The notes under the pieces were generated by a model. It worked only from the letters and a program-made list of their open reading frames with translations. It did no database searches and was not told where the DNA came from. Made by a program: the position numbers and the translations under genes. From the human T2T-CHM13v2.0 reference genome, Homo sapiens: 64,000 nucleotides of DNA. This document shows positions 52,970 to 64,000 of the stretch, one piece after another. Location of the stretch: assembly GCA_009914755.4 (NCBI GenBank), contig CP068257.2, positions 15,488,001 to 15,552,000 of the forward strand, read 5' to 3'. Every line of letters starts with the position of its first letter. Position 1 is the stretch's first letter.

Positions 52970-53621
52970 CTGTACAGATAAAAATCCCAGGCTCAGCCAA
53001 CAAAAGAGGAGAAGCAGCTGGACGTCAGAGACTATGGTTGCATGTCGGAGAGAAGCAGCTTAACTTTAAAGAGAGAGCTTGATGGTGTCACTTCAGAGAG
53101 GAGTCTGGCCAGGGATGGTCAGACTTCAAGGGAGGATTGCCTTCCCACCCTGTCCCCTTTTCAACTCCCATCCCACTAAGAGTGACTTTCATCAGCAATA
53201 TAATCCCCTGCATTTACCATCTTCAATTCATTCATGCAACCTCATGTTTCCTGGATGCCAGAAAAGAGCTCAGAGCCACAAATGTGGTGCAAAAGGCTGT
53301 CACACTGACCCTCCATTGAGCTGTTAACACTTAAGCCATCCACAGATGGCAAAGCTAAAAGTCCACTGTAACAGTCATTCTGGGGCTTCAGGGGTTGTGA
53401 GCACCCTTCAAGATGGTGCCATGAGTTTTTCTCCTATTGGTGCCCAAAAGCACTCACCCTGGTTTCTGCACCCACTCACCTGCATACTCCCTCTTGTGAG
53501 GGGTTGAGAACTGTGGGATGAGTAAGTGAGGCACTCCTGTCATGAGGCCCATGAAGGGGTCAGAGAAATATCCTGCTTCAAAATTAATAACTCAACATCT
53601 TTTACAGTAGTTGCAAAAAAA
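52970..53621 (+). repeat. Putative 3' LTR of the ERV. Boundaries are uncertain.
   Basis: Non-coding segment after IN that begins near tgtacagataaaaatcccaggctcagcc and ends ...gtagttgCA. No second copy is available for comparison. Confidence 0.3.
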
Positions 53622-53649
53622 AAAAAGAAAAAAGAAAAAAAAACTTAAG

Positions 53650-55392
53650 AATACATCTAACCAAAGAGGTGAAAGACCACTACAAGGAAAACTACAAAAC
53701 ACTGCTGAAAGAATTCATAGATGACACAAACAAATGGAAACATATCCCATGTTCATGGATGGGTAGAATCAATATTGTGAAAATGATCATACTGTCAAAA
53801 GCAATCTAGAAATTCAATGCAATTCTCATAAAAATACCATCATCATTCTTCACACAACTAGAAAAAGCAATCCTAAAATTCACATGGAACCAAAAAAGAG
53901 CTCACATACTCAAAGTAAGAGTAAGCAAAAAGAACAAGTCCGGAGGCATCACATTACATGACTTCAAACTATAATGTAATGCCATAGTCACCAAAACAGC
54001 AAGGTACTGGTATAAAAGTAGGCACAAAGACCAATGGAACAGGATAGAGAGGACAGAAATAAAGCAAAATACATATAGCCAACCAATCTTTGACAAAGCA
54101 AACAAAAACATAAAGTGGGGAAAGGACACCCTATTCAACAAATGGTGCTGGGATAATTGGCAAGCCACATGTAGAGAATGAAACTGGATCCTCATCTCTC
54201 ATCTTATGCAAAATCAACTCAAGATGGATCAAACACTTAAATCTAAGACCTCAAACCATAAAGATTCTAGAAGATAACATTGGAAGAACCCTTCTATACA
54301 TTGGCTTAGGCAAAGACTTCCTGACTTAGAACACAAAAGCAAATGCAACAAAAACAAAGATAAATAGAAGGAGCTTAAACTAAAAATCTTCTTCACAGCA
54401 AAAGAAATAATCCTCAGAGTAAACAGACAACCCACAGAGTGGGAAAAATTCTTTGCAAACTGTGCATCTGACAAAGAACTAATTCCAGAATCTACAAAGA
54501 ACTCAAACGAATCAGAAAGAAAAAAAACAAACAATCCCATCAAAAAGTGGGCAATTGACATGAATAGATAATTCTCAATTTTGGCCATATACAATGGTCA
54601 TATACATATAAAAAATGCTCAACATCACTAATTTTCAGGAAAATGCAAATCAAAACCACATTGCCATACCATACCACCTTACTCCTACAAGAATGGCCAT
54701 AATTTAAAATTCAAAAATTGTAAATTTTGGTATAGATGTGGTGAAAAGCAAACACTTTTACACTGCTGTTGGGAATGTAAACTAGCACAACCACTATGGA
54801 ATACAGTATGGAAAGCCCCTGAAGAACTAAAAATAGATCTACCACTTGATACAGCAATTCTACTACTGGGTATCTACTCAGAGGAAAAGAAGTCATGATA
54901 TCAACAAGACACTTGCACACACCTGTTTGTGACAGCACATTCACAATTGCAAAAATATGGAACCAGCCCAAATGCCCATCGATCAACAAGTGGTAAAGAA
55001 AATGTGGTATGTATATATCATGGAATACTACTCAGTCATATAATGGAATAAAATAATGGCATTTGCAGCAACCTGGATATAGTTGGAGACCATTATTCTA
55101 AGTGAATTAACTCAGGAATGGAAAACTAAACATCATATGTTCTCACTTGTATGTGGGAGCTAAGCTATGAGGATGCAAAGGCATATGAAAGATACAATGG
55201 ACTTTGGGGACTCAGGAAGGGAGAGGGGGTGAGGGATAAAAGACTACACCTTGGGTGCAGTGTACACTGCTTGGATGATGAGTGCACCAAAATCTCAGAA
55301 ATCACCACTAAAGAACTTGTTTACATAACCAGACACCACCTGTTCCCCAAAAACCTATTTGAAATAAAAATAATACTTGAAATAAACTTAAA
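53650..55392 (+). mobile_element. 3' part of the nested older L1 (continuation of 44403-48230): ORF2 3' half and 3'UTR.
   Basis: L1 ORF2 sequence ..cttaagaatacatctaaccaaagaggtgaaagaccactacaaggaaaactacaaaacactgctgaaag.. ..[28 protein letters not shown]... The 3' end reads ..ccccaaaaacctatttgaaataaaaataatacttgaaataaacttaaaaagg. Confidence 0.7.
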
Positions 55393-56905
55393 AAGGAATA
55401 AATGGAAGGGCATTAATGTATGGATTGGAAGACTTAGTACTGTTGCAATAGCAATACTCCCCAAATTGATCTATAGATTCAATGCAATTCTTATGAAAGT
55501 GTCAGCTGCCTTTTTTAGAAATTGGCAAAAAGATCTTAAGATTCACATGGATGCAAGGGACCCAGAATAGCTAAAACAATCTCTAAAAGGAAGGACAAAG
55601 TTGGAGGACTCCCATTTCCAATTTCCAAACTTAATACAAAGTGCCCATAATCAATATAGTATGGTACTTGCATAAGGACAGACATACAGGTCAATGGAAT
55701 GAAATTTTGAATCCAAAAATGCACCCTTCTATTTATGGTGAATTGATTTTCACAAGGGTACCAAAGAAGTTCAATGAGCAAAAATACATCTTTAAAAAAA
55801 GACACTAAGACAACTGGATATAATGCACAAGAATGAAATTGGGCTCCTATCTCACACAATATATAAGCATTAATTTTTTTAAGAAGAGCAGAGTATGAAG
55901 TATGAGAGTTAAAACTATAAAACTCTTAGAAGTCAACATAGTAGTAAATCTTTGTGACCTTGAATTAGGCAATGATTTTCTAGTTATGAAACCAAAAGCA
56001 ATAATAAACAGATAAAATTACACTTTATCAAAGTATTTTTGCATTTCAAAGGAAAACATGAAGAAAGTGAAAAAACCCACAGAATGGGAGCATTATTTGC
56101 AAATTGTATATCTGATAGGAGATTTGTATCCAGAATATTTAAAGAATTCTTGTAACTCAACAACAAAAAGACAAATAACCCAATTTAAAAATAGACAAAG
56201 AATTTCAATAGCTATTTCTGCAATATACAAGTGGTCAATAAGCACATGAAAAGATACTTAACATCATTAATCATTAGGGAAATGCAAATTAAAACAACAA
56301 TGAGATACAAATTTGCACATACTAAGATGGTTATAATCAAAAGGACAGACAGTGACAAGCATTAGTGAGGATAATTGAAACCTTCATACAATGCTGGTGG
56401 AAATTTTAAATTATGCAGCCACTTTTGAAAACAATGTGTCAGCTCCTTAAAAAAAGTTAAACACAAAGTTACCATTTGATCAAGCAGTTTCACTCCTAAG
56501 TATATAATCAAGAGAATTAAAAGCACATGTCTACACAAAATCTTGCAGAGAAATGTCATAGCAGCATTATTCATAATAGACCACAAGTGGAAACAATCCA
56601 AATGTCCATCAACTGATGAATGGATAAATAAAATGTGTCAGATCCATACAATGAAATATTATTCAGCAATGAAAAGAAATGAAATGTAATACATGTTATA
56701 ACATGGATGACCTTTAAAACATTATGCTAAGTAAAAGAGGCCAGAAACAAAAAGGCCACATATTGTATGAATCCTTTTATATACAAGGTAGAGTAGGTAA
56801 ATCCATAAAGACAAAAAGTCATTCAGTGGTTGCCAGGACCTAGGAGGTATGGGAGAATGGAGAGAATTGCTAAAGGGCATGAGCTTTCCTTTGGGATGAT
56901 AAAAA
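55393..56905 (+). mobile_element. Old L1M host element, part 2 (mid-ORF2 to 3'UTR). It is a continuation of 41850-44402.
   Basis: The sequence resumes exactly where part 1 stopped: aataaatggaagggcattaatgtatggattggaagacttagtactgttgcaatagcaatactccccaaattgatctatagattcaatgcaattc (..NKWKGINVWIGRLSTVAIAILPKLIYRFNAI). Typical L1M 3' sequence follows: ..ggttgccaggacctaggaggtatgggagaatggagagaattgctaaagggcatgag. Confidence 0.65.
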
Positions 56906-56924
56906 TATTCTTTTAAAAAAACTG

Positions 56925-57650
56925 TATGAGGTACAAGTTCAATTTTATTACATGCATAAATTATGTTGTGGTGAAGTCAAGGCTTTCAGGGTATTCATCA
57001 CCCAAATAATGTACATTGTATCCATTAGGTAATTTCTCATCATCCACCCTTCTCTTACCCTTTCACCCTTCCAAGGCACCATTGTCTATCATCCCCCACT
57101 CTACGTCCATGTATACACATTATTTAACTCCCACTTATAAGTGAGAACATGCAATATTTGTCTTTCTATATCTGACTTGTTTCACTTAAGGAAATGACCT
57201 CCAGTCCTATCCATGTTGCTGCAAATGACGTAATTTTTTTAATGGATGAGTAGTATTCCATTGTGTATATATACCACATTTTTTATCCAATCATCTGTTG
57301 ATAGACACATAGATTGATTCCATATCTTTGCTATTGTGAATAGTGCCACAATAAACATACAAGTGCAAGTATCTTTTTGATATCATTACTTATTTTCTCT
57401 TGAGTATATACCCAGTATTGCAATTGCTGAATCCAATGGTAGCTTTGTATTTAGTTCTTTGAGAAATCTTCATACTGTTTTCTATAGAGGTTGAACTAAT
57501 TTATATTCCCACCAACAACATATAAGAGTTCCCTTATCTCCACATACTCACCAACATCTATTATTTTTTGACTTTTTAATAGTAACCATTCTGACTAGAA
57601 TAAGATGATATCTTGTTGTAGCTATAATTTGATTTCTTGCTAATTAGCGA
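56925..57650 (-). mobile_element. L1 (L1MA/L1PB-type) 3' end fragment of about 725 bp on the minus strand, inserted into the L1M host 3'UTR. 19-bp TSD gggatgataaaaatattct.
   Basis: Reverse complement of the L1 3' region: ggtacaagttcaattttattacatgcataaattatgttgtggtgaagtcaaggctttcagggtattcatcacccaaataatgtacattgtatccattaggtaatttctc...cccacttataagtgagaacatgcaatatttg...gtagtattccattgtgtatatataccacatttt. TSD at 56886-56904 and 57658-57676. Confidence 0.75.
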
Positions 57651-57651
57651 A

Positions 57652-57830
57652 GGGATGATAAAAATATTCTAAAATTAGATACTGATGATGCTTGCACAAC
57701 CCTGTGAATATACACTGCAAAAGGGTGAATTTTATGTGTGAATTATATCTCAATAAAATATAAAACAATATTTTAATTAATAAATAAAATACATCTGTTT
57801 ACCCCCCCCAAAAAAAAACCCAGATCAATG
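57652..57830 (+). mobile_element. Terminal about 180 bp of the L1M host 3'UTR plus its poly-A.
   Basis: Sequence ..gcacaaccctgtgaatatacactgcaaaagggtgaattttatgtgtgaattatatctcaataaaatataaaacaatat..cccccccaaaaaaaaa. Confidence 0.6.
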
Positions 57831-57984
57831 GCTAGAAGGCAAAGAAGCTAGAAAATACACTATTCCTATTCTAAAGCTGATAATCATTTTACCATGTTGT
57901 AGATATCTCTAAGTAAGAAGTTGACAAAGATCAACAAAAAGATGTGTTCCATTCCAAAAATTTCTCGATTCTATGATTCAGCGC

Positions 57985-59030
57985 AGAAAGATTGTGCAAG
58001 TTTATACTTTAGTAATACAGAACAAAGTGAGTACTGGTGATAGCAGCAGAAGGCAGACACATTTCTAGGCAGACAGGGGTGAGTCCCCAGTAAAACTAGA
58101 CCTTCAAACCAAGCACAGCTTAAAGCCTGAAAACTGAGTTACCAGCGTCCACAACCAGAGTGAGAACTTCCTCAGTGCCTTTTAGCCAATTTAATGGTGC
58201 TTTGTCCAGGCCCACTTATGGACCAATCAGCACACACTCCCCCATTCTGATCCCATAAAAACCCTGGACTCAGCCACATATTGGGACTACATGCTTTCAG
58301 GTAGGGGCTACCCACTTCAGGTCCCCTCTTGTGTCAAGAGCTGTTCTGTTGTTCTCTTCTCTGCCTTGCTTATTCTCCAGTTGTCCATGTAACCTCATTC
58401 TTCTTGGACATGGGACAAGAACCCAGTACCCACCAAATGGCAGGTGCAAAAAATGCTGTAACACTGTAGCCCTCCAACCCTCTGCTGGCACCAGGCTGTT
58501 GCTCCATGTAACAGGAAGCAGTGGCAATGGGGCCAGGCCAGCCAAGAAGCTATGAGCTGGAATGTGGGCAGCAGGACTGAACAAGCTGTAAAACAAATGA
58601 GCTGAAACTTGCTGCCCTCCCACCCCCATTCACTGTGCTGCAGGCAGTGGAAAGAAGAGAGAGATGTATCACTCCTTGAGGGCTCAGACCTCAGGACTCC
58701 CCAAGCAACTGTAACACCCCTTGGGCTCCACAGTTGCTGGCATCTCTGAGTTTTCAGAAGCCACTGCAGCCTCCTTGTCCAGACACTGGCACCCAAGCAG
58801 AAATGATTCAAGACAGCACACCCGGACCAGTCATGGACTGAGCACAGAGTTGGCAGGCACTGGATCCAGGTCCATAGCACAAGCTGAGTGCAATCACTGG
58901 GCTGAGTGAGAGGAGTAAGCCTAGCAGAAAACCCAGTGCCAAGCAAAGCCTGAGCAAAGGCACCACTAGCCACAGAGCTTTCCTGCTGGCAAAGGAGCAC
59001 CAAAAGAATCCTGTGTCATTTCTGGGGGTC
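57985..59030 (+). repeat. LTR-like sequence (class I ERV LTR, family undetermined) with a CCAAT/TATA-type promoter pair. It is followed by a tRNA-Pro-like primer-binding site at about 59028-59045.
   Basis: Sequence ccaatcagcacacactcccccattctgatcccataaaaaccctggactcagcc (58235-58285). A repeated ctgtaacac motif resembles ERV9/LTR12-type U5. tgggggtcatctgagatc resembles PBS-Pro tgggggctcgtccgggat. Confidence 0.35.
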
Positions 59031-60774
59031 ATCTGAGATCTGCAAAAGGGTAAGTAAAAGTGGACCTCTTTCACTTTCATTTCGAGGCTTCTTGTCCTCA
59101 GTTTTTTTTTCTGAAAACAGATAAAGCGCTAGGCCTGTAGCAGCCAGTTAAGAACAAATGGCATGGCTGCAGAGGATAGATTTGTTGGGGAGGACTTTCA
59201 CAACGCACCCTCTTGTCCCCATCACCCCCAGGTATCGAGAATATTGGCTTTGTTCCAATCCAGTCTCCCTTCACAGAAGTCTAGTTATCATGTGGGATCA
59301 AAATAAGGTCCTGGGGCAACTGAAAGTATCTGGCCAAGGGTACATCTCTGCATTACCTGAAGCTTCCTGGGCCAGCCCTCAATCCCTGACAGCCCATTCG
59401 GGTGTCAGCCAAGACCTTCAATCTTTCTTATGGCATTTTTTTTTCCTTTGCAGAGGTCATAGCTCCTATCTCTTCTTTATATACAATGCTAAGGGTGTTG
59501 TTGCAAACCACAGAGATAATATGACTGGGTAGAATGAGCATTTGGCTCAGTCATCAGGAGTATAATTCAGAACAATGTGGTATGTGTCCATTCTTAGAAA
59601 CTAAGAGGATGTAACAATTGAGAGTTTTCTGTCCCCTGTTAAGGGAATCAATTTGCATAGGGCAAGAGCCTATTTCCCCCCAGCCACCTTCCCCTTCCCT
59701 GCATTTAAGGGTTCCTCCCACTGCCCCCCGCACCTTGTCAGGAGTCAACAGCTTCACCTTAGCATTGTGCTTATGATAGAGAAGCAACCGAGGAGCTGCC
59801 CTACTGGTTGTTGGCTGCAATTTGCTGAGGACCACCTGGGACTAGTTTAATGGGTCTGTGTACACTCCTGAGGCACCTTTTTGTCCCAAATTCAATTCCA
59901 AGCTTCAGGTTGAAGGCCTAAAGAGGGAAAATTAGATCTGAGGGACCCAGAGGCAGTCAGAGTGGAAGGCTAGGGCACAGCCCGAGTGAGCATGACTATC
60001 CTTGCTAATTAGGCCTTCCCACTTCACTGGGAAGAACTATCATCATGACTTTGATGTGAAATCAGAATTAAGAACTAATTCTCTGAACTTACAGTGTGAA
60101 GATTACATCTGCAGAGCAGACACGCAAGTGGTTCTCAGGAACCATTCAGTTTTTAAAATACAATTTCTGGCAGTATGTAAGATTGGTCATTACAAACCCT
60201 GCTCCTCTCTCCCTACCTTAATAACCAGGACCCCACTTTTCAACATTCTGAATATCACCAGTCTTAGGGAACCAAGTCCTCCACTCCATCAAACACTTCT
60301 AGAAACTGCTTCGTAAAAGTATCACTTGTGAATCCAGAAGAACTGACTGACAGAGCAGGAGCATCATCATCTTGGACAAGTCCCTCATTCTAAAGTTCAC
60401 CTTAATAAAAACCACCTAAATCCAAAGGGTATCAGCCTAATGGCTAAGGTCAGCATGACCATAAACCACAAATAACATCTCCAACCAGAAACATTCCAAA
60501 CTCCTCCACAACCAGGGACATGCTAGCCCCGAGATAAACACCACTCCAGGCCAGAAGGATGTCTGCCCCAAGATAACCTCCCCTCCTCGCAAAGAGATTC
60601 CAACCCTGTCATAAACTTCCCCAACACATAAATATTCCAAGTTGTAATAAGCCCCCCCTCCCTAAGACCAATATATACTCTTAGTCTGTAAGAGAAAACT
60701 CTCCTGACTGATATCAGCCAGGAGTGCCTCTCAGGTTTTAACTAAAGAAAACCTGTCTTAGTGTTCTCATTGCT

Positions 60775-61210
60775 CAATTCCCACCTATGAGTGAGAACAT
60801 GCGGTGGTTGGTTTTCTGTCCTTGTGATAGTTTGCTCAGAATGATGGTTTCCAGCTTCTTCCACATCCTTACAAAGTAAATGAACTCATCCTTTTTTATG
60901 GCTGCATAGTATTCCATGGTGTATATGTGCCACATTTTCTTAATCCAGTCTATCATTGATGGACACTTGGGTTGGTTCCAAGTCTTTGCTATTGTGAATA
61001 GTGCCAAAATAAAGGACATAGGATGGGGAACATCACACACCGGGACTGTCGTAGGGTCGGGGGAGGCGGGAGGGATAGCATTAGGAGATATACCTAATGT
61101 AAATGATGAGTTAATGGGTGCATCACACCAACATGGCACATGTATACATATGTAACAAACCTGCGTGTTGTGCATACGTACCCTAGAACTTAAAGTATAA
61201 TTTAAAAAAA
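60775..61210 (+). mobile_element. Short L1PA insertion with a 5' inversion (twin-priming-type). The inverted segment is on the minus strand at 60775-61016. The direct 3'UTR segment plus A-tail is on the plus strand at 61017-61210. 16-bp TSD aaagaaaacctgtctt.
   Basis: Minus part: gtgttctcattgctcaattcccacctatgagtgagaacatgcggtggttggttttctgtccttgtgatagtttgctcagaatgatgg...gtctttgctattgtgaatagtgccaaaataaa. Plus part: ggacataggatggggaacatcacacaccgggactgtcgtagggtcgggggaggcgggagggatagcattaggagatatacctaatgtaaatgatgagttaatgggtgcatcacaccaacatggcacatgtatacatatgtaacaaacctgcgtgttgtgcatacgtaccctagaacttaaagtataatttaaaaaaa. TSD at 60746-60761 and 61212-61227. Confidence 0.85.
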
Positions 61211-64000
61211 GGAAAAAGAAAACCTGTCTTTAACTGCCAGCCACATTTCATGTTTCTTTCCTCTTTCTTTAACTCTTAAACTGACTATGTTCAATAATAA
61301 AGTCAATAAACAGGTCAAATAATATAAACATCCAGTTGATGTTTTCTGAATGTTAAATTTGTAAGACAAAGAGTTCTACAATTCTATGGAACAGGGATAT
61401 GAAAGATAGTGGGAAGTAGGGAGAACATCAAAGATTCAAATGTTCATAGGTCTGTAGGTCTTTGTCAGATATTTATGACATGTTCTCAGGACACTGAACA
61501 AGAGCCAGTGTTTGAGTTCTTAGAATAAAGCAAATCCAAAAACATTAGTTTTCAGAGCTTGAATAGACCTTAGAGATCACCAAACCAAACTCCTTATTTT
61601 ATGAACTAGAAAACTGCAGTGCTAAGAAAAACAAAACCAGATATGATTAGCTTATACAGTTAGTTGGAGATATGGGATTTGAATGCAGGTTTCTTGATTC
61701 ATGGACCAGTCATTCTTTGGCAGTTTTAGTTCTACCTCTTCAGAGCAACCACAAATTATTTGAGAGAGTTGTCCTGTCTTCTTTATCAATACAAAGTATG
61801 CAATCTACAGGTAAAGTCCATTTAAGGAAGTTTAAATTACTCCTCTCGGCCTCTTAAGTTGTTCAGAGACAATCTCGGCACCATGAAATATGTTTTCTAC
61901 TTAGTCTCATAGTATCCTCTTGATTTAATACTATGGAGATAGGTTGAATATCTCAAAAACATGACTTAAGAAGACACCAAGGGTCACCGGCCAATGTTCC
62001 TCCTACAGAAACAAAGAATTCAATCTTATAGATAACTCAAGAGAATAGAATCTCCTCATGATCATTCCCTCCCACTTTTCATTCTGTTCTTCTTTGCTGC
62101 TTTTAAACTCCTTTCCATTTCCCCTTTGCTTCTTTATATCTCTCTGCTCAAATACATACCAGAAACATTGGGACCAAGTCAGAGGTTTGAAGACTGAATA
62201 TTCTTTTCCCTTTGCTCACCACAGGGACTCCACCTATTCATCCTAACCAAAATATATGAACAAGCTGCAACTCACTGCCTACTTTCTATTAGTTCCATTC
62301 TCATTTGTTTTAAGGCCTCGGAATATTGCATATGGATAATAACATAAAAAGTAATAAGTCCTCTCACAATTCCTTGTGAAATAAAAATCTAGCAATGGGG
62401 GTGGGGAGGATTGACAGTCTAATCATCTATTATAATAGCAGTATTTTGTTTTTTGTTTTAAACAAACTGCAGTTTGGAATAGCAATCTGTTTTGTTTATC
62501 ATGTCAAGTTCTTATGAAAGTATTTCAGTTGGATTTCATCCAAAATCTATAACACACCATGTAATACATAATTTTGCTGTCATATGGTTGCAAATTTTGA
62601 CACTTATTTTGCCAGAAAATACAGGTATGAATATGAAAGAGGCCCCCTCAGAGATTTATTGCTTAGTATCCCAGTAGTTCCTCAGTCTTTCTTTGTCGAA
62701 GCTCAACCAGCCAGTATTTTACCAAGCAGATTTTGTTGCCCTTTGTTTCTGTTTAGATTTCCTTAAAAATTACCCTTCAAAAAATCCATAGGCTAATTTT
62801 TTTTATTTTTATTGCTAATTGTTCCTAATTCTTCAACATTAAATGGTATAAACTGTCTTGGATATTCATAGCTAAAATAAATGCAGACAATTTTACAATT
62901 TCCTTGAATGGTCATGGTTGTACAATGAAACTTTTTGTTACTCTTTCAATTGCACATAAAAATTACTCTTTTTCTCTTTGTCTATCTACCTCAAAATTCT
63001 TTGTTTCAAGTATACAAATGAGTCATTAGTGAAAGCAAAATGGGTACTTTTTATCTAAGGAAGGTTAAAACTTAACTTACTTTAAAATTCAGCATTTTCT
63101 GGGTTAAATTAGAACACTACTTCAATATCTGCAATTCAAATAAGTCCTCTGAGAAATTGGCCTCCATAACCAGTGACGTGCTGCTGAACTGAACAGATCT
63201 CCAAAATATCCTAACAGATTTCTTTCTTTCATTGTAGAATTGTTTCCATCTGGTGCTTAGATATTAAACCTGGAATATGTAAAGGCTCTCCTCTCTCACC
63301 CTGTTTGACTTCCAAATGCTGGCAAATAATTTGCATTGTCAATGAATTGAGGATTAAAATTTTGAACTTAACTGAGTAGCTGCAAGATGCAAAATTTAAA
63401 GTGATAGATCTTCAAAGTAGTGAATTTTTCTCTTTTAATTTTGAGAAATGGAGACTTGAAATGTTACTTGTTTGTAGAACATTCTAATTTGAACTTTATT
63501 TGCTTAAAAAGAATAAAAATTTTCTCAATTTTTATCCCAAGTTCAGGATATCAAAACATGAATTTATGAACAGTATTATAGGCCAAATTTTTGAGTACTT
63601 AAATCAGAATATTAGCATCTAAAAATACTTGCATGCATATATTTCAAGAGATAAGCAGATAGCTATTTAGACGTATACATGTTGAAGTTTCCAAGACCCT
63701 CGGTCACTGACAGTGATTTCTTCATGAAAATTTTAAGGAGGCTTCACAGTAATAGAAAATAATGTCTGACTTTTACGATTGGCAACATTTTTCATGGCAT
63801 TTTAACTGGAAAGCACAGAGTTACTTCTGAGAAACATAATTGCTTCCAGAAATGTTTAACCCACTAGGAGAATGTTTACATGAAGTGAGCAATAGTCACA
63901 AGAAGTGAATAAACCAATTCTATGCACACAGCAGTGTAAAAAGCCTGGAAGCAGGCATACAGGGATCTGTAAGAGAACCAATGCAGGACATGATCATTCT

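Larger units (their letters stand above)
48230..53625 (+). mobile_element. Class I (gammaretrovirus-like) endogenous retrovirus: internal gag-pro-pol remnants plus a putative 3' LTR. No 5' LTR is recognisable. Inserted into ORF2 of the L1 at 44403-55392.
   Basis: Collinear MLV-like homology, detailed in the sub-features below. It terminates ...tacagtagttgCA at about 53621. Confidence 0.8.

Noticed and set aside
52970-53650. A-rich tract after the ERV 3' end taken as proof of L1-mediated retrocopy
   Set aside because: The L1 host consensus is itself A-rich at this position (..catcaaaaagaataaaatacctagg..), so the tract may be host sequence. It is kept only as a hypothesis in the findings.
58395-59003. 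202-aa minus-strand ORF, the longest non-L1, non-ERV ORF in the track
   Set aside because: It lies entirely inside the LTR-like region. Its composition is Cys/Ser/Leu/Trp-rich with no recognisable domain, and it overlaps other spurious ORFs on both strands. This is typical chance ORF content for GC-richer LTR sequence.
60774-61175. 133-aa minus-strand ORF with L1 ORF2 C-terminal similarity
   Set aside because: It is an artefact created by reading through the L1 inversion junction at about 61016: ORF2 C-terminus on the minus strand fused to antisense 3'UTR.

Overview
This window is primate (human-type) nuclear genomic DNA, not a prokaryotic or viral locus. It is AT-rich, and well over half of it is interspersed repeats: at least 10 Alu SINEs (7SL-derived dimers with A-rich tails, most with visible target-site duplications), several MIR-like fragments, many LINE-1 copies of different ages, a Tigger-like MITE, and gammaretrovirus-like (class I) ERV sequence. 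All long ORFs in the six-frame track are explained by L1 ORF1/ORF2 fragments, the ERV gag/pro/pol, or chance ORFs inside Alu/LTR sequence. I see no convincing host protein-coding exon, no rRNA or tRNA gene, no CRISPR array and no CpG island. Expect several ORF1/ORF2 fragments rather than one clean reading frame per L1, because the copies are decayed.

Main structures:
- An old L1 at about 1-5345 carrying two independent Alu insertions.
- An L1M at about 13690-17310 carrying two Alus and a roughly 30-bp micro-L1 insertion. It abuts a minus-strand L1 ORF2 fragment (17320-19990) and a 5'-truncated L1PA (19995-24985).
- A near-full-length L1PA (30586-36115) with an internal deletion of about 500 bp in its 5'UTR, disrupted ORFs, and a 13-bp TSD.
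- Two L1PA insertions with 5' inversions of the kind twin priming produces (39449-40455 and 60775-61210).
- A three-level nest at 41.85-57.83 kb: an old L1M host contains a full-length older L1 (L1PB/L1MA-like, 44403-55392), which in turn contains a 5.4-kb class I ERV (48230-53625). The ERV has clear MLV-like gag/pro/RT (YVDD)/RNaseH/IN homology but no 5' LTR.
- An LTR-like segment with a CCAAT/TATA pair and a tRNA-Pro-like PBS at about 57985-59045.

I found no novel functional system. The noteworthy observations are structural and concern retroelement insertion mechanisms. Coordinates are by-eye estimates, typically +/-10 bp.
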